Shown here: one piece after another, positions 7,131 to 17,272 of the stretch
Position numbering within the stretch: the stretch's first letter is position 1
Layout of the letters: every line of letters begins with the position of its first letter
DNA from: an uncultured Bacilli bacterium
Lineage (GTDB): Bacteria; Bacillota_I; Bacilli_A; RF39; UBA660
Assembly: GCA_947629365.1 (NCBI GenBank)
Contig: CANRDM010000002.1
Span: 1 to 42,417, forward strand
Direction of reading: 5' to 3'
Length of the DNA: 42,417 nt
Notes under the pieces: generated by a model
Database searches by the model: none
The model's input: the letters and a program-made list of their open reading frames with translations, nothing else
Told to the model about the DNA's origin: nothing
Translations under genes and position numbers: made by a program

Positions 7131-9280
7131 TGATTATAAATAAATACTTAACTTTTATAAAATATCTTTTGGTGGCGGGTTTTAGTTTCCTTTTAGATAT
7201 TAGTCTTTTTACTCTATTTAATCATTTTTTAAAAAGTATTGTAATATCGACAATTATAGCAAGAATTATCTCATCATTTATAAATTATTTACTTAATAAA
7301 GATAAAGTATTTAAAAGTAAGGAAAAAAATACTATCTTTAAATATTATCTTTTAGTATTAGTACAGATGTTGGTGTCTGCCACAATTGTAGAAGATTTAT
7401 ATAATTTAGTTGCAATTAATCCTACAATAATTAAAGTACCTACCGAATTGTGTTTGTTTATTATAAATTATTTTATTCAAAAATATTATATTTTTAAAAC
7501 AAGTAATATTCCTAATATTATTAATAATTATTTAAAATATTTATTTTTAAGTTTCTTATCAACCTTTAGTGTTTATAATTATGTTTTAATATTTATAAAT
7601 AATAGTTATTTACAAGGATTATGTCTATTTATAATATATATATTATTTTTAATTTTTTATAAGTTATTATATAAAAATATTAAATTAGCAAAGATATATG
7701 AAGGCTATACAATTATTTTTAGTATTATTTTAGTTTTAGGATATAGTTATTATGTTACAGAAACGGGTTATCTTTTTTGGGGTAGTTTAAATAATTTTTT
7801 AATTTCGCTCATCAAAGTAGGGGGTTATTATTATTTTATTAAGACTATTGTTTATTATATAATTAAGTTTTTAAGGTATCCTTTTAATAACCCTCAAAAT
7901 AAATTAATTAAGGCTTTTTGTAAACATCCTTTTAGATATTCATTTTTACTGATGAGTCTTGTTTATAGTATATTCTTAATTATTTATTATCCAGGTATTC
8001 TAAATTTAGATAACGCTAATCAAATAAAAGAAGTTTTAGGGGTGCCTACGAGGTATTTAGCAGGAATTAATCCCATTAGTAATAAAACCCTTACTAATTT
8101 TAATCCAATAGTTCATACACTTATGCTTGGGCTTCCTGTTCGTTTTGGCTTATTTTTGGGTAGCTTTAATTTTGGTTTATTTCTTTACACTTTAATGCAA
8201 CTTTTAATAGTGATTAGTATTAATTCTTATATTATAAGTTATATAATTAAAAGTAAAATTAATCCTTTATATGCTTTTATTAGTTTACTTGGTTTAATAC
8301 TAATTCCCACAGTTGGCTTTTATAGTGTAACGGGCGTTAAAGATGTTTTATATACGGAGTTTTTACTTTTATTCTGTCTTTTTATATATGATTATTTAAA
8401 AAATAAAGATAGTTATCATTTTAAAAATTATTTAAGATTATTCTTAATTAGTCTTTTAGTTATCTTATTTAGAAATAATGGCATTCATTTAGTTATTATT
8501 ACTTTATTATTTTTATTAATATATAATAAAAAATTACCAATTGTAAGTTTAATTATATTACTTATAGGTTTTAATGTTTTATTTAATAATGTTTTCTTAC
8601 CTTTAATGGGAATATCATCAACAAGTATAAGAGAGGTTTTATCAGTTCCTTTTCAACAAACAGCAAGATTAATTACTTTAAAAAAAGAAGTAATGAGTGA
8701 TGAAGATATTAAAATTATTGGTCAAATTTTAGATGTAGATAATATTCTTAAAGATTATGATAAAGATTTAGCTGATCCCGTAAAAGATAAATTTAATAAA
8801 GACTATACTAATAAAGATTTAATTAATTATTTTAAAGTATGGGGTAAGTATTTATTAAAAGAACCAGTTATTTATATTGATGCTACCATTAATAATATTT
8901 CTGGATTTTTTAATCCATATGAAAAAGATTGGAAAGTATATCATAAATTGTATTCTGATTTACCAAAAGCTGGTTTTAACTTACATTATTTAAGTGTCTT
9001 TAAAGGAGCAAGAAACTTCTTATATGACTATGAAAATTTTTTCGAAATGACCCCATTTGGTTTAATTTCTAATATTGCCATTATTACTTGGCTTAGTATT
9101 TTATGTTTTCTTACTTTGCTTAATAAGAAACCATATTATATTATTTTACTTCCTAGTGTAATATCTATTTTATTTTGTGTGGTTGGTCCAAGAGATTTAT
9201 ACTTTCGCTATATTTATCCATCCTTTATGATGCTTATTTTATTATTCCCTTTAATTAAAGATCTTAATGAACACAATTAA
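7127..9280 (+). CDS. Polytopic membrane protein: N-terminal GtrA-like 4-TM module fused to a large multi-TM domain (possible glycan/polymer transferase)
   Basis: The first ~125 aa follow the GtrA pattern (VAGFSFLLDISLF...IARIISSFINYLLNKDKVFK...INYFIQKYYIFK). The remaining ~590 aa are highly hydrophobic with one soluble loop. The start overlaps the gmk stop (ATGATG). Confidence 0.6.
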   Translation: MMIINKYLTFIKYLLVAGFSFLLDISLFTLFNHFLKSIVISTIIARIISSFINYLLNKDKVFKSKEKNTIFKYYLLVLVQMLVSATIVEDLYNLVAINPTIIKVPTELCLFIINYFIQKYYIFKTSNIPNIINNYLKYLFLSFLSTFSVYNYVLIFINNSYLQGLCLFIIYILFLIFYKLLYKNIKLAKIYEGYTIIFSIILVLGYSYYVTETGYLFWGSLNNFLISLIKVGGYYYFIKTIVYYIIKFLRYPFNNPQNKLIKAFCKHPFRYSFLLMSLVYSIFLIIYYPGILNLDNANQIKEVLGVPTRYLAGINPISNKTLTNFNPIVHTLMLGLPVRFGLFLGSFNFGLFLYTLMQLLIVISINSYIISYIIKSKINPLYAFISLLGLILIPTVGFYSVTGVKDVLYTEFLLLFCLFIYDYLKNKDSYHFKNYLRLFLISLLVILFRNNGIHLVIITLLFLLIYNKKLPIVSLIILLIGFNVLFNNVFLPLMGISSTSIREVLSVPFQQTARLITLKKEVMSDEDIKIIGQILDVDNILKDYDKDLADPVKDKFNKDYTNKDLINYFKVWGKYLLKEPVIYIDATINNISGFFNPYEKDWKVYHKLYSDLPKAGFNLHYLSVFKGARNFLYDYENFFEMTPFGLISNIAIITWLSILCFLTLLNKKPYYIILLPSVISILFCVVGPRDLYFRYIYPSFMMLILLFPLIKDLNEHN

Positions 9281-9341
9281 TACTTGCATTTTCCGATAAA
9301 ATAAAAGATAATAATTAATATATCAAAAAGAGGTGAATCAA

Positions 9342-10241
9342 ATGAATATTGACTATTTTTGTTTTAGTGTTCCATCACTAAATACAACTGATTTAATAGT
9401 TAAAAAAAGTGATAATGAAAAGATTTGCCTTTTAAAGGAAAAAGAATTAGAACTAATGGATATGGCAAGAGAAAGACATATGTTAATTCTTTTTAATAGA
9501 CAAGATAAAAAGTTTTATGCTGATGAGGAAATTATTGATGTTAAAGATAAAGTTATCTTTCCAAGAAGTCTAGTAATGTATGAAAAAGAACTTTTAAATG
9601 CTTTAGCTAGTTCTTTAGCAATGGTAGTGGAAACTAATGAAGATGTTATAAAAATAGAACATTGGCCTTTATATATTAAGCCTCTTTACCGGGAAATTGT
9701 GGTGACTAATTTTCAAGAATTTAAGGAAAATGCTTTAAAATATAAAGAACATTTTAAAAATATCTTTATTCAAACTAGTAAAAAAAGTGATATTCATTTT
9801 ATCTTAAAAAACTATGGTTATTTAGATTTAGGTTATAAGAAAATGTTTGTTTTTAATCCAAGAATTAATATAGATGATAAGGAAGAAATCTTTTTATCCG
9901 AGGCTTTTAATTATGTAACGGATTTTAATCATAATCTTGATCCGACAATTTATAAAGCTTTTATTTTAAATAAAGAATTATTAAGTATTGCGAGAGTCAA
10001 TGTTAAATATAAAGAATCTATTTCAGATGATGTTTTAATTTTTATATGTAGTTTATTAAAGCATATAGAAGAGATTCCTCACTTTCCTCCAAGTTATACC
10101 TTACTTGTTGGAGAAATGATTGTTGATGGAAAAAGGGTAATTGATATAGTTCGGTTTGAGTCGCTTTGTTCATCAAGTCTAGAAATGGGCAATAATTTAA
10201 TGAAAGAAATCCCAAAGGGCCAAGCCTTAAAAAGACTTTAA
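9342..10241 (+). CDS. Hypothetical cytoplasmic protein (weak ATP-grasp-like impression only)
   Basis: ORF. SD GAGGTG lies 8 nt before ATG 9342. No firm motif. Confidence 0.45.
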   Translation: MNIDYFCFSVPSLNTTDLIVKKSDNEKICLLKEKELELMDMARERHMLILFNRQDKKFYADEEIIDVKDKVIFPRSLVMYEKELLNALASSLAMVVETNEDVIKIEHWPLYIKPLYREIVVTNFQEFKENALKYKEHFKNIFIQTSKKSDIHFILKNYGYLDLGYKKMFVFNPRINIDDKEEIFLSEAFNYVTDFNHNLDPTIYKAFILNKELLSIARVNVKYKESISDDVLIFICSLLKHIEEIPHFPPSYTLLVGEMIVDGKRVIDIVRFESLCSSSLEMGNNLMKEIPKGQALKRL

Positions 10242-10270
10242 AGCATTTAAATTGTTTAAATGCTTTTAAA
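10240..10270 (+). terminator. Rho-independent terminator
   Basis: Perfect hairpin AAAGCATTTAAA-ttg-TTTAAATGCTTT followed by a T/A-rich tail. Confidence 0.6.
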
Positions 10271-10320
10271 TTGCCTAAATATATGCTATAATTTTTGATA
10301 GAATAAAGGAGTTTAAAAAT

Positions 10321-12198
10321 ATGGATGATAATGAAATAATTGAATTAAATAGTGATAAAGAAGATTCAGTAAACTTAGAAATAAATACTTTAAATAATAA
10401 TGATAATAACCATCATAAAAAAAGTTTAAAAGATAAATGGAATGATTTAGATAAGAAATATAGAATAATGATTATTGTTATTCCTATTGTTATTTTAGTT
10501 GTGGCTTTAAGTTTAGTTTTATATTTGACCGTTTTTAAAGATAATACCCCCGCTAAGGAAAAAGAAAAGGAAGAGGAAGTTGTAATAGAAAAAGATAATT
10601 ATCGTTATGAAAATGGTCGTTTAGTTTTTCTAGATAAACTAGAAAGAGCCCTAGGTAGTTATGATTGTGTAAATAAAGATCCTAATAAATGTGCAGTAGC
10701 CAAAAGTAATTTTACGGATGATACTTTTGAAAGAGTAGTAAGCGTTTATGAAGATGGAACGGAAATTATAGCTAATTCACCGATTTATTTTGATCAATTT
10801 ATTTTTGTTACTGATGGAGATAAAATTATTTTATATGATATTCAAAATAAAAATAATTTATTAGAATTAAGTAATATTAAAATATATGATGCAAGTAGTA
10901 ATCTAGTAGTTGTTAAAGATTTAAATAATTTATATGGTTTAATTAAAATAGATGAAAAAGGGTATCAAACTTTAATTAAATGTACTTATGATAATTTAGG
11001 TATTATTAATTCATCTTTAAAATATTTAGTGGCAGAGAGTAAAGATAATAAGTATATAATTGATAGTAATGGTAAGAAGTTAACTTCTAATATTAATGAA
11101 GAAATAAAAAGTGCAAGTAAAGAATATATTGTTACTTATAATAAACAAAAATACCAATTATATTCTTTAAAGGGTGAAGAAATACTTACAGGTTATGATT
11201 ATATTGGTTTTAATAATAATTTAATTACTTTAGTATTAGATGATAAATTGTATATAAGAGATAATAAACTTAATAAATTAAATGAAGAAGGTTATCCTTT
11301 AACAAATAATAATTATGTTAAAAAATATATATTTGATAGTAATAATAAATTAAAAGAAGAAAAGATTGCTTATGAAATAAATATTAATGATAATATTATT
11401 AATATTTATGTTGATGATGATACTTATAAAATTAATAGTTATGAAGGATTAGTTAGTCATAAATATAATTATTTAAGTTATTATGATGGTATCTTATATT
11501 TTTATAAAGATAGTAATAAAGATGAAGTTATTGGTAGTTATACCTGTACTAATAAAAATACCATCAATAAAGAAGATAGCACTTTAGATAAATGTTTTAT
11601 TTATCAAGAAGATGATTTAGTATCGGGTATCTATAATGAAGTTTATGTTTTTATTAGGGATGGCGAAGAAGATAATTTTTATTTATATGATTTAAAGAAT
11701 AGTAAAGTAATGGGTACTTATAGTGAAATAAACTTTCTTAATAGTAGTGAATTAAATAAAGATATTAAATTAATTACCACCGATGTATCATATGTTTTAG
11801 CTAAATCAAAAGTGGGAAGTAATAAAGATAATTATGGTATATTAGAAATAAATAAAGAGAAGGCCCAAGGGAAAATTGAATTTAAATATCGCAGTGTTAT
11901 GAAAAATAATGATTATTATCTATTTATTAGTAAAGATAATGTTTATACTATTTATAATCACGATTTTAAAAAGATTAGTAATGAATTTGCCTATATTGAA
12001 TTATTTCCTCTTTATTATGTAGGAATTTCTGATAATAAATTAAATATTTATAAGTATGAAGAACCTTTAGGAATATTAAATGAAGGATTGACAGTTAATA
12101 GTAATGATTTTACAATTGATTTTACAGACGGATTTACAATAACTGTTGATGGGGAAGTATATAAATATAATTTAGAAGGTAATTTAAATGAAGAATAA
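10321..12198 (+). CDS. Membrane-anchored extracytoplasmic repeat protein (WG/KWG-like beta repeats)
   Basis: A single TM (IMIIVIPIVILVVALSLVLYLTVF) follows an acidic N-terminus. Repeated segments of the NLYGLIKIDEKG and KYIIDSNGKK type are present. SD AAGGAG lies upstream. Confidence 0.5.
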   Translation: MDDNEIIELNSDKEDSVNLEINTLNNNDNNHHKKSLKDKWNDLDKKYRIMIIVIPIVILVVALSLVLYLTVFKDNTPAKEKEKEEEVVIEKDNYRYENGRLVFLDKLERALGSYDCVNKDPNKCAVAKSNFTDDTFERVVSVYEDGTEIIANSPIYFDQFIFVTDGDKIILYDIQNKNNLLELSNIKIYDASSNLVVVKDLNNLYGLIKIDEKGYQTLIKCTYDNLGIINSSLKYLVAESKDNKYIIDSNGKKLTSNINEEIKSASKEYIVTYNKQKYQLYSLKGEEILTGYDYIGFNNNLITLVLDDKLYIRDNKLNKLNEEGYPLTNNNYVKKYIFDSNNKLKEEKIAYEININDNIINIYVDDDTYKINSYEGLVSHKYNYLSYYDGILYFYKDSNKDEVIGSYTCTNKNTINKEDSTLDKCFIYQEDDLVSGIYNEVYVFIRDGEEDNFYLYDLKNSKVMGTYSEINFLNSSELNKDIKLITTDVSYVLAKSKVGSNKDNYGILEINKEKAQGKIEFKYRSVMKNNDYYLFISKDNVYTIYNHDFKKISNEFAYIELFPLYYVGISDNKLNIYKYEEPLGILNEGLTVNSNDFTIDFTDGFTITVDGEVYKYNLEGNLNEE

Positions 12199-13003
12199 GC
12201 CGGTTTTATATACGATTATTATTTTACTCGTTATCTTTATTCCTCTTACTATCTTAGGTTTTTATTATAAAGAAAAACCAATAAGTATTAAAGATGATAA
12301 TACTAAACATTTTCCTTATTATAATAATAGTTTATGGTTTTATCAAAATGATAAATTAATAAGTAAATATGCTTGTTTAAATAGTAGATGTAGTTATAAT
12401 ATTAAAAGTATTATTAATAATAAGTATGTTTTTATTAAAGATGGGGATATTTTATATTTATATGATATAAATAAAGGTAGTGTTTATAATAAATATTTAG
12501 ATTGCCTTAATGAAGATAATAAATATATATGTAAAAGTGATAAAAATTTATGGGGTGTATTAAATATTAATGATGAAGTAAAAGAGATTATTCCTTTTAT
12601 TTATGAAAGTATTAATTTAAATAAAAATAAGTATATTGTTAAAAAAGATAATAAATATTATTTAATAGATGAAAATAATAATATATCTATAGGTTTTACA
12701 AGTAAAATAGAAGATTATAATAATACTTATATTATAAGTAAAGAAGAGGGTAGATACTTTATATATGATTATAAAGGTAATGAGTACTTAAATAATTATA
12801 ATATCAATAACTATAGTCTTAGTGATAATTATATTGGGATAGTTTTAAATAATAATTTAAATATTTATAATAATATAAATAATCTACCTTTAAAAGTAAT
12901 TACTTTAAATAATTATAATACTAAAATAAGATTTGAAGAAAAGAATTATAAATTAAATATTTATCTTGATGATTTATTACATAGTAGTATTGAATTATCT
13001 TAA
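12188..13003 (+). CDS. Membrane-anchored WG-repeat-like protein, smaller paralogue of the preceding gene
   Basis: N-terminal TM (VLYTIIILLVIFIPLTILGFYY). NLWGVLNINDEVKEIIPFIYESI matches the WG-repeat pattern. An 11-nt overlap with the upstream gene suggests translational coupling. Confidence 0.5.
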   Translation: MKNKPVLYTIIILLVIFIPLTILGFYYKEKPISIKDDNTKHFPYYNNSLWFYQNDKLISKYACLNSRCSYNIKSIINNKYVFIKDGDILYLYDINKGSVYNKYLDCLNEDNKYICKSDKNLWGVLNINDEVKEIIPFIYESINLNKNKYIVKKDNKYYLIDENNNISIGFTSKIEDYNNTYIISKEEGRYFIYDYKGNEYLNNYNINNYSLSDNYIGIVLNNNLNIYNNINNLPLKVITLNNYNTKIRFEEKNYKLNIYLDDLLHSSIELS

Positions 13004-13039
13004 ATATTTTGTTAAAATATGATTGTTATATGAAGAAAT

Positions 13040-13215
13040 TTGAGGTATATATTGGTACTTTTTAGAGAGTTAGTGGTTGGTGGAAACTAATAAGTTAAGA
13101 TATATTGGTTGCAAATGGAGTATAATATGCAGAAATGCTATATCATTTAATAAGTTAAATTAAAGGTGGTACCGTGCTTATGCACCCTTTTGGTATCATC
13201 TTTTTATTTGAAAAG
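13040..13215 (+). promoter_or_regulatory. T-box riboswitch leader of valS
   Basis: AGAGAG and GGTTGGTGGAAAC stem-I elements. The conserved T-box sequence AAAGGTGGTACCGTG sits at 13162-13176. A downstream helix and a T-run (13201-13210) follow. AAGTTAAG contains a plausible GUU (Val) specifier followed by A. Confidence 0.8.
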
Positions 13216-13224
13216 AGGGATAAG

Positions 13225-15744
13225 ATGTTAGATAAAAAATATGATCAAAATGAAGTAGAGAAAGATAGATATAACTATTGGCTAAATCATCATTATTTTG
13301 AATGTGGTGATACTTCTAAAAAGCCTTATTCAATAGTTATACCTCCCCCTAATGTGACGGGTAAACTACATTTAGGCCACGCTTGGGATACTACTTTACA
13401 AGATATTATTATTCGTTTTAAAAGAATGCAAGGTTATGATTGTTTGTGGCTTCCTGGGACAGATCACGCTGCGATTGCAACGGAAGCTAAAGTTGTAGCT
13501 AGATTAAAAGAACAAGGTATAAATAAATATGCTTTAGGAAGAGAAAAGTTTTTAGAAGAATGTTTTAAATGGACGGATGAACATAAAAGTATTATTCATT
13601 CTCAATGGGCTAAATTAGGATTATCAGTTGATTTAACAAAAGAAAGATTTACTTTAGATGAAGGATTAAGTAATGTTGTTAAATATGTTTTTGTTGATTT
13701 ATATAATAAAGGTTTAATTTACAGAGGAGAGAGGATTATTAACTGGGATCCGGTTGCCAAAACTGCTTTATCAAATGAAGAAGTTATCTATAAAGATATT
13801 GAAGGAGCATTCTATCACCTTAAATATTATCTTGAAGATAGTGATGAGTTTTTAGATGTAGCCACGACTAGACCAGAGACTTTATTTGGGGATACAGCAG
13901 TAGCGGTTAATCCAAAAGATGAAAGATATAATAAGTTAATTGGCAAGAATGTTATTTTACCAATTGTTGGTAAAAAGATTCCTATTGTTGGTGATGAACA
14001 CGCTGATCCATCATTTGGAACTGGTGTTGTTAAAATTACGCCGGCCCACGATCCAAATGACTTTGAAGTTGGTATTCGCCATAATTTAGAGCGAATTAAA
14101 GTTATTAATGAAGATGGTACAATGAATGACAAAGCTTTAAAATATCAAGGAATGGACCGTTTTGCAGCAAGAGATGAATTACTAAAAGATTTAGAAAAAG
14201 AAGATTTGCTTATAAAAATCGAACCAATGGTTCACTCTGTCGGTCACTCTGAAAGAACGAATGCTATTGTGGAACCATACTTGTCTAAGCAATGGTTTGT
14301 AAAGATGGATAGTCTTGCGAAGAAGGTTTTAGAAAATCAAAAAAATAAAGATACTAAAGTTAATTTTGTACCCCCAAGATTTGAAAAAATAATGAATAAT
14401 TGGATGAGTGATTGTCACGATTGGTGTATATCAAGACAACTTTGGTGGGGACATAGAATTCCTGCTTGGTATAAGGGCGATGAGATATATGTTTCTGTTA
14501 ATCCACCTGAGGGTGAAGGATGGATGCAAGATGAAGATGTATTAGATACTTGGTTTTCCAGTGCTTTATGGCCATTTTCTACGATGGGCTGGCCTAATGA
14601 TTTAGAACTTTATAATCGTTATTTTCCAACTGATACTTTAGTTACTGGTTATGATATTATCTTCTTCTGGGTTTGCCGAATGACTTTTCAAAGTTTGGAA
14701 TTTACTGAAAAGAGACCATTTAAACATTGTGTTATCCACGGTTTAATTAGAGATAAACAAGGAAGAAAAATGAGTAAAAGCCTAGGTAATGGTGTTGATC
14801 CAATGGATATGATTGATACTTATGGAGCCGATGCTTTAAGATATTATTTAACGACCTCAACTGCTCCAGGAATGGATTTAAGATTTGATGAAGAAAAGTT
14901 AAAATCAACTTGGAATTTTATTAATAAGTTATGGAATGCTTCTCGTTTTACTTTAATGAATATTGAAGATTTAAAAGATATGCAATTAGATGAATTAAAT
15001 AAACAAGATAAATGGATTTTAACTAAACTCAATAAAACAATTAAAGATGTTACCAAATATATGGAAAAATTTGAATTTAATAATGTTAATTCAATTATTT
15101 ATTCCTTTATTTGGAATGATTTTTGTGATAACTATATTGAAATGGCTAAGTTTAGTAGCGATAGTGTAGGTACTAAAAGCACTTTACTTTATACTTTAAG
15201 CGCTATTTTAAAAATGCTTCATCCATTTATGCCATATGTAACTGACGCAATATATAATGAACTACTAATTAAAGATAGTGAGTCTATTATGATTAGTAGT
15301 TATCCCGTTGTCGATAAAAAATTAATTTTTGCCGATGCTGAAAGTGAAGTTGATGAGATAATTGCTTTTATTAAAAATTATCGTAATGTTATAAAAGAAA
15401 ATAATATTTTAAATACTTATGAAGTTCAAGTTAATTTCACTGAAGAAATTATAATGAAAATGTTAAAACTTCAAGATCATATAATAGATAATCAAAAAGA
15501 TATAACAAAATTTAAAGTAAGTAGTAAAAATTATGAAGCCATTATCTATTATGAAAAAGAGTTAACTAAAGATGATGTCTTACAAAAAGAAAAAAGGATT
15601 GCTGAATTAAAAGCATCAATTAGTAAAAGAGAAGCACTACTTAATAATGAAAACTTTGTAAGTAAAGCACCAGAAGATTTAGTTAATAAAGAAAAAGAAA
15701 AATTAGCTAGTGAAAAAGAAGAACTTAAAAAAATTACTGAATAA
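13225..15744 (+). CDS. valS: Valine--tRNA ligase
   Basis: HIGH-type motif [17 protein letters not shown] motif [10 protein letters not shown], and a C-terminal coiled coil. ATG 13225 follows SD AAGAGGGA. The track start 13174 (GTG) lies inside the T-box. Confidence 0.95.
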   Translation: MLDKKYDQNEVEKDRYNYWLNHHYFECGDTSKKPYSIVIPPPNVTGKLHLGHAWDTTLQDIIIRFKRMQGYDCLWLPGTDHAAIATEAKVVARLKEQGINKYALGREKFLEECFKWTDEHKSIIHSQWAKLGLSVDLTKERFTLDEGLSNVVKYVFVDLYNKGLIYRGERIINWDPVAKTALSNEEVIYKDIEGAFYHLKYYLEDSDEFLDVATTRPETLFGDTAVAVNPKDERYNKLIGKNVILPIVGKKIPIVGDEHADPSFGTGVVKITPAHDPNDFEVGIRHNLERIKVINEDGTMNDKALKYQGMDRFAARDELLKDLEKEDLLIKIEPMVHSVGHSERTNAIVEPYLSKQWFVKMDSLAKKVLENQKNKDTKVNFVPPRFEKIMNNWMSDCHDWCISRQLWWGHRIPAWYKGDEIYVSVNPPEGEGWMQDEDVLDTWFSSALWPFSTMGWPNDLELYNRYFPTDTLVTGYDIIFFWVCRMTFQSLEFTEKRPFKHCVIHGLIRDKQGRKMSKSLGNGVDPMDMIDTYGADALRYYLTTSTAPGMDLRFDEEKLKSTWNFINKLWNASRFTLMNIEDLKDMQLDELNKQDKWILTKLNKTIKDVTKYMEKFEFNNVNSIIYSFIWNDFCDNYIEMAKFSSDSVGTKSTLLYTLSAILKMLHPFMPYVTDAIYNELLIKDSESIMISSYPVVDKKLIFADAESEVDEIIAFIKNYRNVIKENNILNTYEVQVNFTEEIIMKMLKLQDHIIDNQKDITKFKVSSKNYEAIIYYEKELTKDDVLQKEKRIAELKASISKREALLNNENFVSKAPEDLVNKEKEKLASEKEELKKITE

Positions 15745-15786
15745 CTAAAAACTGAATAGGTTTCAATTTCTATTCAGTTTTTAGTT
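15743..15786. terminator. Bidirectional terminator shared by valS and the convergent gene
   Basis: 17-bp perfect stem AACTAAAAACTGAATAG / CTATTCAGTTTTTAGTT with a 10-nt loop. It overlaps both stop codons. Confidence 0.75.
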
Positions 15787-16570
15787 ATGATCTTTTTTTA
15801 CTTCTTACTGCGTATTTTTCATTAATAGCTTTTACTATATCAGCGACTTCTAAATTTGAAAAGTCAGCGCCGTTATCATTAATAAAAAGCATTAGACTAT
15901 ATGCTGCCTTGCTAAGTTCATCATTTTGTAAATAAAAGACAAGTGGTTGATAAACTCCTAGCATTCTTTTATTTTCAATATTTAAATTTTCAGTTAAATG
16001 CTCGTTAGTTCCCGCTAAAACCATTGAAAAACCTTGATTATAAATATCTTCAAGCATTGATCTTCTTAAATATGGTAAGTGTTCCGATGAACCTAGTTTT
16101 TCTAAAGCTTTTTCTTCTGCTAAAATAATAAGTTGGCCCCTTATATCGTAAGAGTCACGATAACCATTGTTTTCACTAAATGAAACAGCTGGAAAATCAA
16201 ATGTTTTTACTCCGTAATTTACTTCATCATTACTTGCTAATTCTCTTAAAACTTCAAGCGTTTTATAATGTTCTTTAATGCTTACATCTTCAATATTTTT
16301 TGTAGCAATTTCATAATTTCGAACTTTAGTTTTTAAACTTTTTTCAAATAAATTATTCATATTTGCTAAAAACATTAGCTTTTCTCTAATTTTTAAAGCT
16401 TCATTCTTTCTACCATAGACCGTTTTTTCATATTCTTTTTCTAAATCAGAAATTTCTAAATAAAGATTATAAAAATCCATAATATCTTCACTAGTAATTA
16501 TATGACCGGTGATTGTTTCATAATCTGATTTAGGATCTAATAAAATATCTTTTAAACTTTTCTTTTCCAT
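15785..16570 (-). CDS. Hypothetical protein (261 aa), co-directional with and downstream of the XRE regulator
   Basis: ORF preceded by AAAGGAA. No recognisable family. Confidence 0.5.
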   Translation of the reverse strand: MEKKSLKDILLDPKSDYETITGHIITSEDIMDFYNLYLEISDLEKEYEKTVYGRKNEALKIREKLMFLANMNNLFEKSLKTKVRNYEIATKNIEDVSIKEHYKTLEVLRELASNDEVNYGVKTFDFPAVSFSENNGYRDSYDIRGQLIILAEEKALEKLGSSEHLPYLRRSMLEDIYNQGFSMVLAGTNEHLTENLNIENKRMLGVYQPLVFYLQNDELSKAAYSLMLFINDNGADFSNLEVADIVKAINEKYAVRSKKRS

Positions 16571-16639
16571 AATATTCCTTTCAATTTGTGTATTATATTA
16601 TAAAATTTTCTTTTTGTAAAATAAAAGTTAAAGAACCGT

Positions 16640-16870
16640 TTATTTGTCTTTAACTATTGATTTGCTATAAGGTTTTCTTTCATCAGTAAGATAGGCTAAA
16701 TAATCAATGGATACATTATAATATTTTGCAAGAATTTTTGCTTGTTCCATAGTTATTTCACTTGTTTCTGTTTCATATCTGGAGTATTGTTGTTGAGATA
16801 CATTTAATACTTTAGCTATATCTTTTTGAAGTTTATCATTATCCTCTCTAATTTCTCTTATTCTATTCAT
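16640..16870 (-). CDS. XRE-family helix-turn-helix transcriptional regulator
   Basis: IREIREDNDKLQKDIAKVLNVSQQQYSRYETETSEITMEQAKILAKYYNVSIDYL is a typical Cro/CI HTH. ATG 16870 is preferred over GTG 16879. Confidence 0.85.
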   Translation of the reverse strand: MNRIREIREDNDKLQKDIAKVLNVSQQQYSRYETETSEITMEQAKILAKYYNVSIDYLAYLTDERKPYSKSIVKDK

Positions 16871-16894
16871 TATAACCACCAGTTAAATTTTCTC

Positions 16895-16967
16895 ATACTC
16901 ATTATTTGAGTATTTGCTTTTACATTAAATATGAGTACAATAAAATCACAATACTCATAATATGAGT
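16895..16967. promoter_or_regulatory. Divergent promoter region with repeated TACTCAT/ATGAGTA palindromes (candidate XRE operators)
   Basis: ATACTCA-ttatt-TGAGTAT (16895-16913), an ATGAGTA half site (16931-16937), and ACTCATA-a-TATGAGT (16953-16967). Confidence 0.55.
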
Positions 16968-16987
16968 GTAGAATAGGATGGTTGTCT

Positions 16988-17236
16988 ATGAAAAATAAAT
17001 ATTTTATTATTGTTGTAATTGTAGTGTTATTAATATTAAATGTATTTTTAGTATTAAAGAAAGATACTAGTGTAGTAGAAAAGGATGAAGTAATAAAAGT
17101 AGAAAGAAAAAACTTTAATATATATAAAGAACAGAATACAGGAAAGAAAGATTATGTATCAGTAAGTGATACAACATTTCCAACTAGTGGTTATTTATTA
17201 AATAATTCCTTCCTTTTAGTTTGGTATTTAAAATGA
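16988..17236 (+). pseudogene. Truncated N-terminal paralogue of the surface-protein gene at 130-2360
   Basis: (L)SMKNKYFIIVVIVVLLILNV...FNIYKEQNTGKKDYVSVSDTTFPTSGYLLNNS parallels MSVKEKQIIAVSGGVLLLTILLIV...FAIYKQNADKTNYEISNDNKFPEVGYLLNETKT. The ORF then ends after ~80 codons. Confidence 0.6.
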
Positions 17237-17272
17237 AAGAAAAATATGCTATTATTTTAATGGTGAAGAGTG

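Noticed and set aside
13174-13224. Track start of valS at GTG 13174 ([17 protein letters not shown]...).
   Set aside because: These codons lie inside the T-box antiterminator/terminator sequence (AAAGGTGGTACCGTG... and the T-run). ATG 13225 with an SD gives the normal ValRS N-terminus.
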